Virus record (IMG/VR): IMGVR_UViG_3300008267_000043
Coordinates: 1 to 63,096 of that record
Strand: one strand, 5' to 3'
DNA length: 63,096 nucleotides
From: a virus
Taxonomy: Duplodnaviria > Caudoviricetes
The position numbers were made by a program, and so were the translations under genes. The notes beneath the pieces were generated by a model that did no database searches, was not told the DNA's origin, and was given only the letters and a program-made list of their open reading frames with translations. Numbering within the stretch: the stretch's first letter is position 1; each line of letters starts with the position of its first letter. Positions 29,662-38,083 of this stretch are shown here, piece by piece.

Positions 29662-30483
29662 TTACGATTGGGTTTTTACAACCTGCCAAGTGGTAGATTG
29701 TGAGTTGTTGATTTCCGCCCAGTTTGCTGTCTGCGCGTCGTTGATTATTTCCCAAAGCAGTCTTGCAACAACTTGATCTACACCTATCGCGCCATCACTG
29801 ATGGTAGCAATAAAGGTTGCCGCCGCCAAGACAGAATCAAGCGTCGTGGCTGTTTCGCTGGCTGTGGCGTTAAAGATTGATGGGGCTACCAAAGTACTGT
29901 CAGAGCCAGCCGCAGTTTCAGAAACTGCAACACCAAACCCGGCGGCTGCGCTGGGGGTATCCAACCCAGAAATAAGTTCAGTCACTGCGACGTTGAACCC
30001 TGCGTTTGCAGAAGGTGTGTCTAACGCATTTGCCAGCTCAGCGATAACGCCTGAATAGACCTGCCCCGCAACAAAAATATCACTACCCGCAACGGACTCA
30101 GCAATTGAAGCTGCAAAGACCGCGACAGCAGATACAAGCTCCGAAACTGTGGAAGCTTCAAGTACTGCGGCCTCAAACGTAGCCAAAGCAGTATTGGTGT
30201 CAGAACCCGTTGCAGTTTCAGTTATGGCTGTAGCGTAAACCACCAGCGCAGTGACCGGGTCAGAAATTGATGCCGACTCAGGTACCGTTACATTGAATAC
30301 AGATGCCGCCACAGAAACAGAATCTGATCCTGTCCCACCCTCTGCTACCAACGGAGTAAAGTTTGCTACGGCTGACGTAAATTCTGATGCCGCCGCAGAC
30401 TCTTCTATATCAGAGTCAAAAGTTCGCCCAGCCTTCCCCTGAGAGGCGAAGGGGGCAGAAGCAAATGGGGCATCAGCGAACAC
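29662..30483 (-). CDS. Virion structural protein with E/S/A/T-rich repeats
   Basis: ~19-21-aa periodic (V/I)xExxxxxD repeats. Confidence 0.55.
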   Translation of the reverse strand: MFADAPFASAPFASQGKAGRTFDSDIEESAAASEFTSAVANFTPLVAEGGTGSDSVSVAASVFNVTVPESASISDPVTALVVYATAITETATGSDTNTALATFEAAVLEASTVSELVSAVAVFAASIAESVAGSDIFVAGQVYSGVIAELANALDTPSANAGFNVAVTELISGLDTPSAAAGFGVAVSETAAGSDSTLVAPSIFNATASETATTLDSVLAAATFIATISDGAIGVDQVVARLLWEIINDAQTANWAEINNSQSTTWQVVKTQS

Positions 30484-30486
30484 GCT

Positions 30487-31062
30487 TTACGCAGCGTCGA
30501 GGCTGAATGTGTAGGTCACGTTCAGAGTGTCACCAGACACCACGGTACGATCACCGGGGGCTTGAAAGTCTGATTCAGAGAACAACACACCAGAAGTGCC
30601 ACTGGACACGGTACACAGAAACGCGCCTGCAATCACGCCACCTGCACCAGAAATGGTGAAGGAAGAAGGCGAAGCAGAATTGCTGATGACTGAGGGGTCT
30701 GCGGTTGTGGCCGTACCAAAAGTCACAGCTTTACGTGAACCAGCGTAGTCGGTGTACTCAGTCCAAGCCTTGGAAGCCAAGGTGTCGGCTGCGGCAAAGG
30801 TTGTACCAGAACCGGGGCCAGTAATCAGACCAAGGAAGAACGCGGCGGTGTAGGTTGAACCCTTAAAGTACTGGGTATTCATGTTCTGCAAGCCTTCATT
30901 GACCACGAGGTTGTGCATTTGGTCTTCCCATTTCAGGTTGCCGTCTTTGTCCAGACACTGAACATGGAACACGCCGCCTGCGCGGGAGGCTTCTGTAAAG
31001 CCAGTACGAGCAACTAAGCCCGCGCTGACGTTGTCTGTTGAGGTTGCTTTTTCTTTAAACAT
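30487..31062 (-). CDS. Tail-associated structural protein
   Basis: NLVVNEG...GDTLNVTY pattern; context. Confidence 0.55.
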   Translation of the reverse strand: MFKEKATSTDNVSAGLVARTGFTEASRAGGVFHVQCLDKDGNLKWEDQMHNLVVNEGLQNMNTQYFKGSTYTAAFFLGLITGPGSGTTFAAADTLASKAWTEYTDYAGSRKAVTFGTATTADPSVISNSASPSSFTISGAGGVIAGAFLCTVSSGTSGVLFSESDFQAPGDRTVVSGDTLNVTYTFSLDAA

Positions 31063-31071
31063 GGTTGCTCC

Positions 31072-31497
31072 TTATACAAGCCGAATGAGTGCCGATGTAC
31101 TGGTGTTAGCAGGCATCGCCACAGTGAAAGTTGACGTTGATGTTTTGTCGTTGCCAAAATCTAAAACACAGACAGCAGCGCCAGTGGTGTTGTTGTAGAT
31201 CAAAGCGCCACGAGCTGTGATTGACCCAGTCCATGCTGGCGCGGCGAAGTTGACATACACAGTACTTCCAGACGCTGTTGTTTCTGACGAAACAGTTGCA
31301 GCAACGACCTGCCCACCAGCCGCATAGTTACCGCCTGAAGCCTCACCTGTGGCTGTGTAGCCTGTGGTGGTCTCGTCAAGCGTTGCAGCGTTTGTGTACA
31401 GCGCCAGCTTAAAAACATCGGATGAGAAATTCATCGTGCCGTTCATCAGCGCGGTACGCAGGGTGTTGCAGGAAAAGTTGCCGGTAAACGCCATCAA
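31072..31497 (-). CDS. Tail-associated structural protein
   Basis: FKLALYT...ARGALIYN...VLDFG pattern; context. Confidence 0.55.
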   Translation of the reverse strand: MMAFTGNFSCNTLRTALMNGTMNFSSDVFKLALYTNAATLDETTTGYTATGEASGGNYAAGGQVVAATVSSETTASGSTVYVNFAAPAWTGSITARGALIYNNTTGAAVCVLDFGNDKTSTSTFTVAMPANTSTSALIRLV

Positions 31498-32222
31498 CGC
31501 ACTCCGTTATTCTGGGCCAGAGGAGGAACTCTGAACTGGCCGCTTCGGTATGCGTCACTGCGCTCCAGACCGTCACCCAGACGCTGAGCCATTGCAAGTG
31601 CTTCTTTGTACTTGCCGTCATATAGCCCAATAATGTCTTGCTCACCCTTCATGAAGGTGTACGCCTCAACCAATGAACCGTACAACAGCACGGTGTCAAA
31701 GTTGTCACCCAACCATGTTTGGCCAGAGGCCGCAGTGGTGATTGATTCTGGGTAGTAGTAATAGTGAAGCTCAACGTTGTAAGCCGCATCAGGTGTTGGG
31801 CCAAGAATAAACGTCAGCTCGTTGGTGATTACAGGGCTGGGGTCATTCGTGGTCGTTGGGCCAAACAGCGCATAGTACTTCGGTGTGGCAGTGTCAGTAG
31901 CCTTGGGGTATGCCTGACGGATGAAGTTCACATCCTTGTTCAACAAGAACTCTTGTCCGTCCGCAGTCTCAACAGCCAGAGAAAACGAAGACAGAAAGTC
32001 CGATGGGCATGACAAGTACTTATTGCCGTTTGTTGTAATGCCCGTTACGTTTTTACGCAACGATGGAAACTGAACCGTGTTGAAAATGCGCTGCTCAGCC
32101 TGCTCAATGAAGGTGTTCAACTGCGTCGTTGAAGACACAGTACTCCCACTGGCAAGGTACGTCGCCGGGAACGTGTTCTCGGTGTACGACTGAATTGCAG
32201 CGATCAACTCGTTATAGGTCAT
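31494..32222 (-). CDS. Head-tail adaptor protein
   Basis: MTYNEL..AI, FI.QAEQRI, LGPTPD and LLYGSLVEA pattern. Confidence 0.6.
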   Translation of the reverse strand: MTYNELIAAIQSYTENTFPATYLASGSTVSSTTQLNTFIEQAEQRIFNTVQFPSLRKNVTGITTNGNKYLSCPSDFLSSFSLAVETADGQEFLLNKDVNFIRQAYPKATDTATPKYYALFGPTTTNDPSPVITNELTFILGPTPDAAYNVELHYYYYPESITTAASGQTWLGDNFDTVLLYGSLVEAYTFMKGEQDIIGLYDGKYKEALAMAQRLGDGLERSDAYRSGQFRVPPLAQNNGVR

Positions 32223-32479
32223 GCCATCGGGCCTCTAGACATCAAGCCTTTGGTTGCAGCACCTGTGCCCCGCATTTTGATACCAGAAGTTTTTGGTTCT
32301 GGGTAGTCATTGCTGTGGCTGTTAGCGACAGAGACGTTTGCTTTACGCATGTACTCTTTGTTGTCGCTCACACCAGCGGGCTCAATCTTGAGCTTCTTGC
32401 CAGTCATTGTGTGGGGCTCAGCGTAAACGCTGGCGGGGCCGACTTCTTTGCCGCCCTTTTTCATGCTGTATTTAGCCAT
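32219..32479 (-). CDS. Small basic late protein
   Basis: 86 aa; MKKGG and RGTGAATKG motifs. Confidence 0.65.
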   Translation of the reverse strand: MAKYSMKKGGKEVGPASVYAEPHTMTGKKLKIEPAGVSDNKEYMRKANVSVANSHSNDYPEPKTSGIKMRGTGAATKGLMSRGPMA

Positions 32480-32481
32480 GA

Positions 32482-32643
32482 TTAACCTTTACGTCCGGGA
32501 GACTTCTGGTTGGCGATCTTGGCCAAATTACGGCCCATCTTCAACATGTCACTGTTGGTCTTGCCACCAGCACGCAGCTTGGTTGGCGTTTTGCCGGGGT
32601 GCATGTTCTGTTCGTGCTTGCGCACTGCTTTTTTTGCGTCCAT
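32482..32643 (-). CDS. Small basic late protein (53 aa, MDAKKAVRKHE...LRAGGK)
   Basis: Translated by hand; AAGGAG RBS; fills the intergenic gap. Confidence 0.65.
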   Translation of the reverse strand: MDAKKAVRKHEQNMHPGKTPTKLRAGGKTNSDMLKMGRNLAKIANQKSPGRKG

Positions 32644-32653
32644 TTTCGACTCC

Positions 32654-33082
32654 TTATGTCGTAACTACCGTGACTGTACCAAGTTCCACCGTTAACACCA
32701 AGTTATTTGGTGTCAAGGCAGCATCAAAAAACGATGACCCCCCAACCGGGTTCCACCCCCACTGGAAGACGCGGCTACCCGCTTCTACCGTGCCCGTACC
32801 TGTTGGCCCTGTGCCCCCGCTGATGCTGGTCTGTAACCCACTTGTGCCTGAGAGCAAATAGCTCCGATCAGGGCGAGGATTACGTAATCCTTGCGGATCA
32901 TCAACCGGATACATACCCAACTGCAACTGGGGCTGGTCAGGATCCCAGCACTCGGGGCACACCAGCAAGTTGTAATTCTTGGTCTTGATGATCTCAGTCT
33001 TCAATACCTTGAGCTTGAACCGCTGGTCACACCGGTCGCATTGAGCAATCGCCCATTTGCCGCTGGCGAACCTATTTCCCAT
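32654..33082 (-). CDS. Zn-ribbon virion-associated protein
   Basis: CDRC...CPEC. Confidence 0.6.
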   Translation of the reverse strand: MGNRFASGKWAIAQCDRCDQRFKLKVLKTEIIKTKNYNLLVCPECWDPDQPQLQLGMYPVDDPQGLRNPRPDRSYLLSGTSGLQTSISGGTGPTGTGTVEAGSRVFQWGWNPVGGSSFFDAALTPNNLVLTVELGTVTVVTT

Positions 33083-34011
33083 CAGGTGCCCCCAATGTAC
33101 TGCTGTCTAGGCACGAACCGAATCGCTGCTTTCTCATGATCTTCATACGCCGCCAGCTCCCAAGCCTCGTCGTACTGAGCCTTCAGAAACTGAAGACGTT
33201 CAGCGCCTTGCGGAATCTTGCCAGCCACGTAATAAGACAAACCTGCAACCATGCAAGGAATGAAGCGGAACGGCACGTCCATCACATTTACACCGCCGCC
33301 AGCGTCTTGGGTGCGGCGCAAGCGCCAGTACACAAACTGATATGTCTGGGCATTGTCGGGGGTTGGCCACACCGTGACGGCGGGTACTTGAGCCCAATAG
33401 ACCGCAGTTGCAGTCAGATGTGAGGCCGCTGTGGTGTCTTGCTGGCCACGGAAACAGTCATACAACACGTTGCCGATGATGTAGCTGTAGTTGATGATCT
33501 CACTGTCCACTTTGATGAACCCAGCAGCGGGCAAACCAATTGTGGAGTTCAATGTAATCTGGGTGGCTGTGGATGTGATGGCACCATTCAGGGTTAACCC
33601 TGTGGTTGAGTTCTGCCCATTCAACCGCTGTATCCACACCTGAATCGGGCGGGCCTGTTGAATTTTGTTGGGGATGGTTGCGTATGTAGACACGCTGATG
33701 CGGGTGATTGTCAAGTCCGCTTGGGTCGAAGAAACGTTCGCGCCCGTACGAATGACGTGCTCCAACAAATCAACGGTGTCATTGGGCAACGGGTAAGTGT
33801 TCTGGCCGGGAACCAAATCAATAACACCTTGCTCAATTGTCCACAAGTTGATGCCACGATTGGCCCACTCAGCAAACATGATGTTCAGGCTACGCCGTGC
33901 AGTGCGCAGGTCATACCCCGTGCGCAGCTCGCCTCCGGCGCGTTCAAACGCCTCCTCAACCAGATCGGTCAAGTCGAGGTTAAATGTAGTTACGCCAGAA
34001 GTTGTTGCCAT
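33082..34011 (-). CDS. Head-tail adaptor/connector protein with an inserted beta domain
   Basis: EEAFERAG, WANRG.NLWT, WPTPD and DVPFRF motifs. Confidence 0.6.
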   Translation of the reverse strand: MATTSGVTTFNLDLTDLVEEAFERAGGELRTGYDLRTARRSLNIMFAEWANRGINLWTIEQGVIDLVPGQNTYPLPNDTVDLLEHVIRTGANVSSTQADLTITRISVSTYATIPNKIQQARPIQVWIQRLNGQNSTTGLTLNGAITSTATQITLNSTIGLPAAGFIKVDSEIINYSYIIGNVLYDCFRGQQDTTAASHLTATAVYWAQVPAVTVWPTPDNAQTYQFVYWRLRRTQDAGGGVNVMDVPFRFIPCMVAGLSYYVAGKIPQGAERLQFLKAQYDEAWELAAYEDHEKAAIRFVPRQQYIGGT

Positions 34012-34244
34012 TATCTAAATCCTGCGGTTTTCTTTGCAATCCTCTTGGGTTGCGCCACAAACTGCTTGCCTGCCTTTTTACCAGCCCGCTTGGCCTTTGT
34101 TGTAGCAGCATATTCCGCTGGTGACAAAGACTTGATGGCGGCTTCTGGCAAATAACGTTCGCCTGTCTTGGAAGACGGTTTCCCCGACTTGGTACGCCAT
34201 TTCTGGTCGCCCCAAGCTTTTAGGGATTGTTGCGGCGCTTTCAA
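34011..34244 (-). CDS. Small basic protein
   Basis: QSLKAW..QKWRTKSGK...ERYLP. Confidence 0.65.
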   Translation of the reverse strand: MKAPQQSLKAWGDQKWRTKSGKPSSKTGERYLPEAAIKSLSPAEYAATTKAKRAGKKAGKQFVAQPKRIAKKTAGFR

Positions 34245-34519
34245 TCTCGGTAGCCCCCGCCCGCCGCCTTGTACTTCTTGGCAACAAGCTGTGCTTTACG
34301 GGCTGACCACTGACCTGCGCCAGTGCCGTGGGTAGCTGCGGCTTTGACCTGAGACACGATCCGCTTGCGCAGACCGGGCTTGGTGTAGTTACCAGCAGCG
34401 TTGACTTTCCCGCCACCCGCATATACAGAGACATCATTCGGGTCGTCTTTTCTTTGGACGACCTTTTTCCCGGGCATCTTGGATGCCTTGATGGCTCCCA
34501 TGCCGCGAGAGGCCATCAT
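34241..34519 (-). CDS. Small basic protein
   Basis: MMASRGMG...GQWSARKAQ...YKAAGGGY; start overlaps the upstream stop. Confidence 0.65.
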   Translation of the reverse strand: MMASRGMGAIKASKMPGKKVVQRKDDPNDVSVYAGGGKVNAAGNYTKPGLRKRIVSQVKAAATHGTGAGQWSARKAQLVAKKYKAAGGGYRD

Positions 34520-34761
34520 CAGATCATCGTCCCACGGGTTTTGCCACGCTGAGCACATCCATCAGCACGGCTAGAGGCGCTACCACCAGAAGCCATATTT
34601 TTGGTTTTGTACGCAGCCTCAGTTTTTCTCTGAGTCTCCGCCTCATCCTTTTGCTCTTGCATCTTTTTGATGTCTTCAGAGGTCATGGAATCTTCGTATG
34701 TTGTGCCGGGGCGGCGTGGTTTATACGCGCCCATTGTTCCAGCTTGAGTGCTATTTGCCAT
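34519..34761 (-). CDS. Small late protein with a MASGG..ADG..RGKT tail
   Basis: 80-aa ORF with RBS. Confidence 0.65.
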   Translation of the reverse strand: MANSTQAGTMGAYKPRRPGTTYEDSMTSEDIKKMQEQKDEAETQRKTEAAYKTKNMASGGSASSRADGCAQRGKTRGTMI

Positions 34762-34769
34762 GATTCACC

Positions 34770-35681
34770 TCAATACATCTTGCATTTGGTTTTGCCGCGA
34801 GATGCAATCCCGTCAGCACGGCTGGAAGCAGTCATGCCGCCAGAGGCCATCTTCTTGACTTTGCCGCCCTTTTTCATGGGGTTGCCAGCTTCATCAAAGC
34901 CGGGCATTCCAGCATTGCTTGGCAAGCGACGACCAGCCTCGTCATAACCGGGGCGACCAGCCATGCTTGAAGGCACTTTAGCTGCCGACTGAAGGTTGCG
35001 CACAGCATCCACTGTTGATTGGCCGGGGCCGGAGGGCATTTCCCGACGACCACGTGACATGCCAGCTTCCAAGTCTCTTGCGCCAGAAGGCTTGACTACG
35101 TCGGGATTCACTGAACCACGGCCAGAACCGGCCATTGACGTAGCACGGCTGCCACGAGACATGCCAGCTTCAGCGGCGCGAGCATCAGATGCTGTAACAC
35201 TGCTAGGGTTGACAGTCCCACGGCCAGAACCGGCCATTGAAGTGCTGCGAGTACCACGGCTCATACCAGCTTCAGCAGCACGGGCATCAGATGCGGTAAC
35301 ACTGCTAGGGTTCACTGAACCACGACCAGCGCCAGCGGTTGAAGTAGTACGGGTACCACGAGACATGCCAGCTTCAGCGGCACGGGCATCTGCGGCACGA
35401 GTGCCACGGCTCATACCAGCTTCAGAGTCAGGAGAACCAGTTGCTTTACCAGCCGCTGAAGAAACGCGTTGTTTTGCCGAAGCAGTAGGAGACACAGCCA
35501 TTGATGTGCGACGGCCTTCGTTGCCATAGTCAACATCTTTCGCTTCTACTTTTTTGGTGTCGCCAGTGTAAGAGCTTGTCTTTTGATCGCCCGCATCTTC
35601 TTTGGACTTGTCACGGGTCAACATGTAACCCAGTGCACCAAGGGCCGCAAGGCCCGCTAATTTACCTGCTTTTTTAGACAT
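34770..35681 (-). CDS. Low-complexity repeat protein with N-terminal hydrophobic helix
   Basis: 34-aa internal repeats; C-terminal MASGG..ADG..RGKT. Confidence 0.7.
   Translation of the reverse strand: MSKKAGKLAGLAALGALGYMLTRDKSKEDAGDQKTSSYTGDTKKVEAKDVDYGNEGRRTSMAVSPTASAKQRVSSAAGKATGSPDSEAGMSRGTRAADARAAEAGMSRGTRTTSTAGAGRGSVNPSSVTASDARAAEAGMSRGTRSTSMAGSGRGTVNPSSVTASDARAAEAGMSRGSRATSMAGSGRGSVNPDVVKPSGARDLEAGMSRGRREMPSGPGQSTVDAVRNLQSAAKVPSSMAGRPGYDEAGRRLPSNAGMPGFDEAGNPMKKGGKVKKMASGGMTASSRADGIASRGKTKCKMY
35050..35425. repeat. ~102-bp coding tandem repeat (about 3 copies plus partials)
   Basis: Repeated ASDARAAEAGMSRG.R.TS.AG.GRG.VNP unit. Confidence 0.8.
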
Positions 35682-35696
35682 GGTACGTTCCTTAAA

Positions 35697-36194
35697 TCAG
35701 CATTTGCCGCCGCGTTTCATGCCCAGAGGCTTGCTGCCGGACATTTTGACCATAGTACCTTTGGAGATACCTTTGGACTGAATGGCGTGCTCGCCTTTAC
35801 CTTTGTTGCCGCCGGAAGGAACTTTGCCCATCTTGGCAGAAGTAATACCGCCATTGGCCATTTTCTTGGTCTTCATTTCGGATTCCTCATGCTTAATCAT
35901 TTTTGCGGGTGCGCCCTTCTTTTTCATGAAGGACACTTCTTTTTTGACCATTGCTTTAGATTCAGCCATTTCGCCACCTTTTTTAAATAATGCCGACTGA
36001 CCATGATCGGTCTTTGGCTTGTTGAGTTTTTGCCGATCAGCGCGGGTTTCGGCACCCGATCCAAATTTCTGGCCTTTGCTGGCCGTGCTGAATTCTTTGG
36101 CAACCTTTGTGGGGATGCCTACCTTCTTGGCAAACGCAGGGTTGTGAGCCGCTGCATCCATCAATCGTTTTTGTTCAGGACTCTTTGCTGGCAT
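35697..36194 (-). CDS. Lys-rich late protein
   Basis: MPAKSPEQKR start with AAGGAG RBS; three xxxGG motifs. Confidence 0.65.
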   Translation of the reverse strand: MPAKSPEQKRLMDAAAHNPAFAKKVGIPTKVAKEFSTASKGQKFGSGAETRADRQKLNKPKTDHGQSALFKKGGEMAESKAMVKKEVSFMKKKGAPAKMIKHEESEMKTKKMANGGITSAKMGKVPSGGNKGKGEHAIQSKGISKGTMVKMSGSKPLGMKRGGKC

Positions 36195-36378
36195 CTGTGT
36201 TCTCCTTGCGGCCCACAAGCCGTTGGACGGTATCTGTTTCATAGATACGAATAGCGACCCAAACAATACTGAGAACCGCAGATACGGCGGGTAAGAATTC
36301 CACAAGCGTTCCTATGACAGTGAGGATTGATACACCATCAATCATGTGCTTTACGGTTTCTTGGTCATGCTGGTTCAT
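36175..36378 (-). CDS. Small membrane protein (holin-like)
   Basis: 67 aa with two hydrophobic segments. Confidence 0.5.
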   Translation of the reverse strand: MNQHDQETVKHMIDGVSILTVIGTLVEFLPAVSAVLSIVWVAIRIYETDTVQRLVGRKENTDASKES

Positions 36379-36698
36379 ACAAACCTGCCTTTCGTTTTGC
36401 CTTTGGTAGCACAGCCATCAGCCTGCGTTACGTACCCACCATCAGCACAGTTCCAAGCTCTCAAGGACTTGTTGATCCTTGAATCCGGGTCACTTGCGGT
36501 TTTGGCGCTCGTGAGCTTTGCTTTCATCCCCTTCATACGGGCGCAAAAAGAGTCTCGCCTGCTGCCGCCCTCGGGTTGAGGGCGCTTCAACCCCGGTTTC
36601 CCGGGGTTCGCTGCGTTGTAGGAAGCCCGTCCTTTGGCGTTCAAACCGCCTTTGGGGTTCTTCCCTTCTTTGCGCGTCCATGCAGGGGACTTAGCCAT
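36375..36698 (-). CDS. Basic late protein
   Basis: AWTRKEGKNPKGGLN...SFCARM...LRAWNC plus an ADG..KGKT tail. Confidence 0.65.
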   Translation of the reverse strand: MAKSPAWTRKEGKNPKGGLNAKGRASYNAANPGKPGLKRPQPEGGSRRDSFCARMKGMKAKLTSAKTASDPDSRINKSLRAWNCADGGYVTQADGCATKGKTKGRFV

Positions 36699-37164
36699 AG
36701 AACACCGTAATATGCGTGTTAGCGCCAAGGAAAAGACGTATACCATCGTGAGCCAGAACACCTTCACCGGGAATTGGTACGCTGTAACCTGTTTGATTTG
36801 AAGCATCCAATTGCAACAGCACGTCGTTCCACACTGTTACATTTCCACTTGCTGCGCCCGAGTTGGCAACAGTCACAGTAAACGTGTTTACCCCTGTCAC
36901 GGTTACTTGGTATGGGTTGTCTGCCAAATCCCAATCCAAATACACCCACTGACCTGTACTTAACCCATGATTTGCAGAGGTAATAGTAGCTGTTGTGGTT
37001 GCCCGGGCATACGTACCTGTGATGGAAGTGTCATCCACTAAAACAGTGTACTCAGTAGCGCCGGAAAACGGAAAAACGACCGCGCCTTTAAGGCGGGTGC
37101 GGTACGGAACCATTAGGCCAGAAACGCTACCATGTTGTGATTTAACGTCGTATTGCATCGCCAT
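36691..37164 (-). CDS. Virion structural protein with an inserted beta domain
   Basis: MQYDVK...IPGEGVL..TVFYG, with an NHGLSTG insert. Confidence 0.6.
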   Translation of the reverse strand: MAMQYDVKSQHGSVSGLMVPYRTRLKGAVVFPFSGATEYTVLVDDTSITGTYARATTTATITSANHGLSTGQWVYLDWDLADNPYQVTVTGVNTFTVTVANSGAASGNVTVWNDVLLQLDASNQTGYSVPIPGEGVLAHDGIRLFLGANTHITVFYG

Positions 37165-37318
37165 TTTGTTGCTCCGGTTCTGGTGCTTCTAAGCGGTTGA
37201 TAAGCATCTGATACGCTTCAATTGTGCCCTGAGCTTTGAGGAGGAAGACTTCCGCCCTCCCTGCCTCTTTTCTCAAATCAGCAATTTCTGCTTCCAGAAA
37301 TTCCTTGGTTATCTGCAT
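37142..37318 (-). CDS. Small coiled-coil protein
   Basis: MQITKEFLEAEI..., 58 aa. Confidence 0.55.
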   Translation of the reverse strand: MQITKEFLEAEIADLRKEAGRAEVFLLKAQGTIEAYQMLINRLEAPEPEQQNGDAIRR

Positions 37319-37319
37319 A

Positions 37320-37922
37320 TCAGGCAAATGTTGCGTAAGCAGGAACGTAGTACACAGTGCCACCGATCATCACTTTGATCGCTTTAGAAACTGTAGTCAC
37401 GCTGCTTGCAGTTGGTGCAATCGTTGCGGCTGGGCCAGTTTCAATATTTGCAAACAAAGGGATTTCACCAGTAGCGGAACCGCTGTCAGACACACGAATA
37501 AACGATGCTGTGGCTGGCAAAGAAGCATTGACTGTGTAGTTGGTGTCCAACTGAATCACAGCCAAAGTGCCGCCGGGAGTTGCGTCTGTGCCGCCCAAAG
37601 TAGCGCGAATTGCGTTAGCTGCGCCAGAAATGGTTGCGGATGCGCCGTCAACTTCCAAAGAAATGTGTGCGCCGTTGATAGTGCCAGCAGTAGCCGCGCC
37701 AGTACCAGTCACAACAGAGAAAGCGCGAAGGGTTTCGCCTGAACCTGTTGAAGTGAAGGTCAACTTGCTGTAGTTCAGACGTGTGTCGCCTGTGGCAGCA
37801 GAAGTTGTGGCGTAAGCAGCGTCAATATTTTGAGCTGTAGTTACTGTGATGGGGTCGGTAGCGGTACCAGAGATGAAGCCGTTGAGGGATCGTACTGGGC
37901 CGGAGAAAGTGGTCAATGCCAT
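37320..37922 (-). CDS. Capsid fibre/decoration-like protein
   Basis: MALTTFSGPVRS start after AAGGA; immediately downstream of the major capsid gene. Confidence 0.55.
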   Translation of the reverse strand: MALTTFSGPVRSLNGFISGTATDPITVTTAQNIDAAYATTSAATGDTRLNYSKLTFTSTGSGETLRAFSVVTGTGAATAGTINGAHISLEVDGASATISGAANAIRATLGGTDATPGGTLAVIQLDTNYTVNASLPATASFIRVSDSGSATGEIPLFANIETGPAATIAPTASSVTTVSKAIKVMIGGTVYYVPAYATFA

Positions 37923-37935
37923 AATTTTTTTCCTT

Positions 37936-38005
37936 ACATGCAAGTTGGGGTGTATCTGTCTGCATGTCGTCAGCCGGGACTGTCAGATACACCGGATGAC
38001 CCCGG
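37936..38005 (-). ncRNA. Candidate double-pseudoknot 5' leader RNA
   Basis: Three interleaved helices of 6, 10 and 7 bp between the promoter and the RBS. Confidence 0.45.
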
Positions 38006-38014
38006 GATGGCTGC

Positions 38015-38043
38015 AATATACACCAAAAGAAATTGACACGCAA
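38015..38043 (-). promoter_or_regulatory. Sigma70-like promoter after the capsid terminator
   Basis: TTGCGT-17 nt-TATATT. Confidence 0.55.
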
Positions 38044-38046
38044 CAA

Positions 38047-38074
38047 ATAAAAAAGGGGGCCGAAGCCCCCTTTT
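38047..38074 (-). terminator. Rho-independent terminator after the major capsid gene
   Basis: GGGGGC-TTCG-GCCCCC followed by T6. Confidence 0.9.
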
Positions 38075-38083
38075 CCGTGGTCA

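Noticed and set aside
37936-38005. HDV-like or hammerhead ribozyme assignment for the pseudoknot leader
   Set aside because: There is no room for HDV P3/L3 between P2a and P1b, and CUGACGA is present without a properly placed GAAA. Left unassigned.
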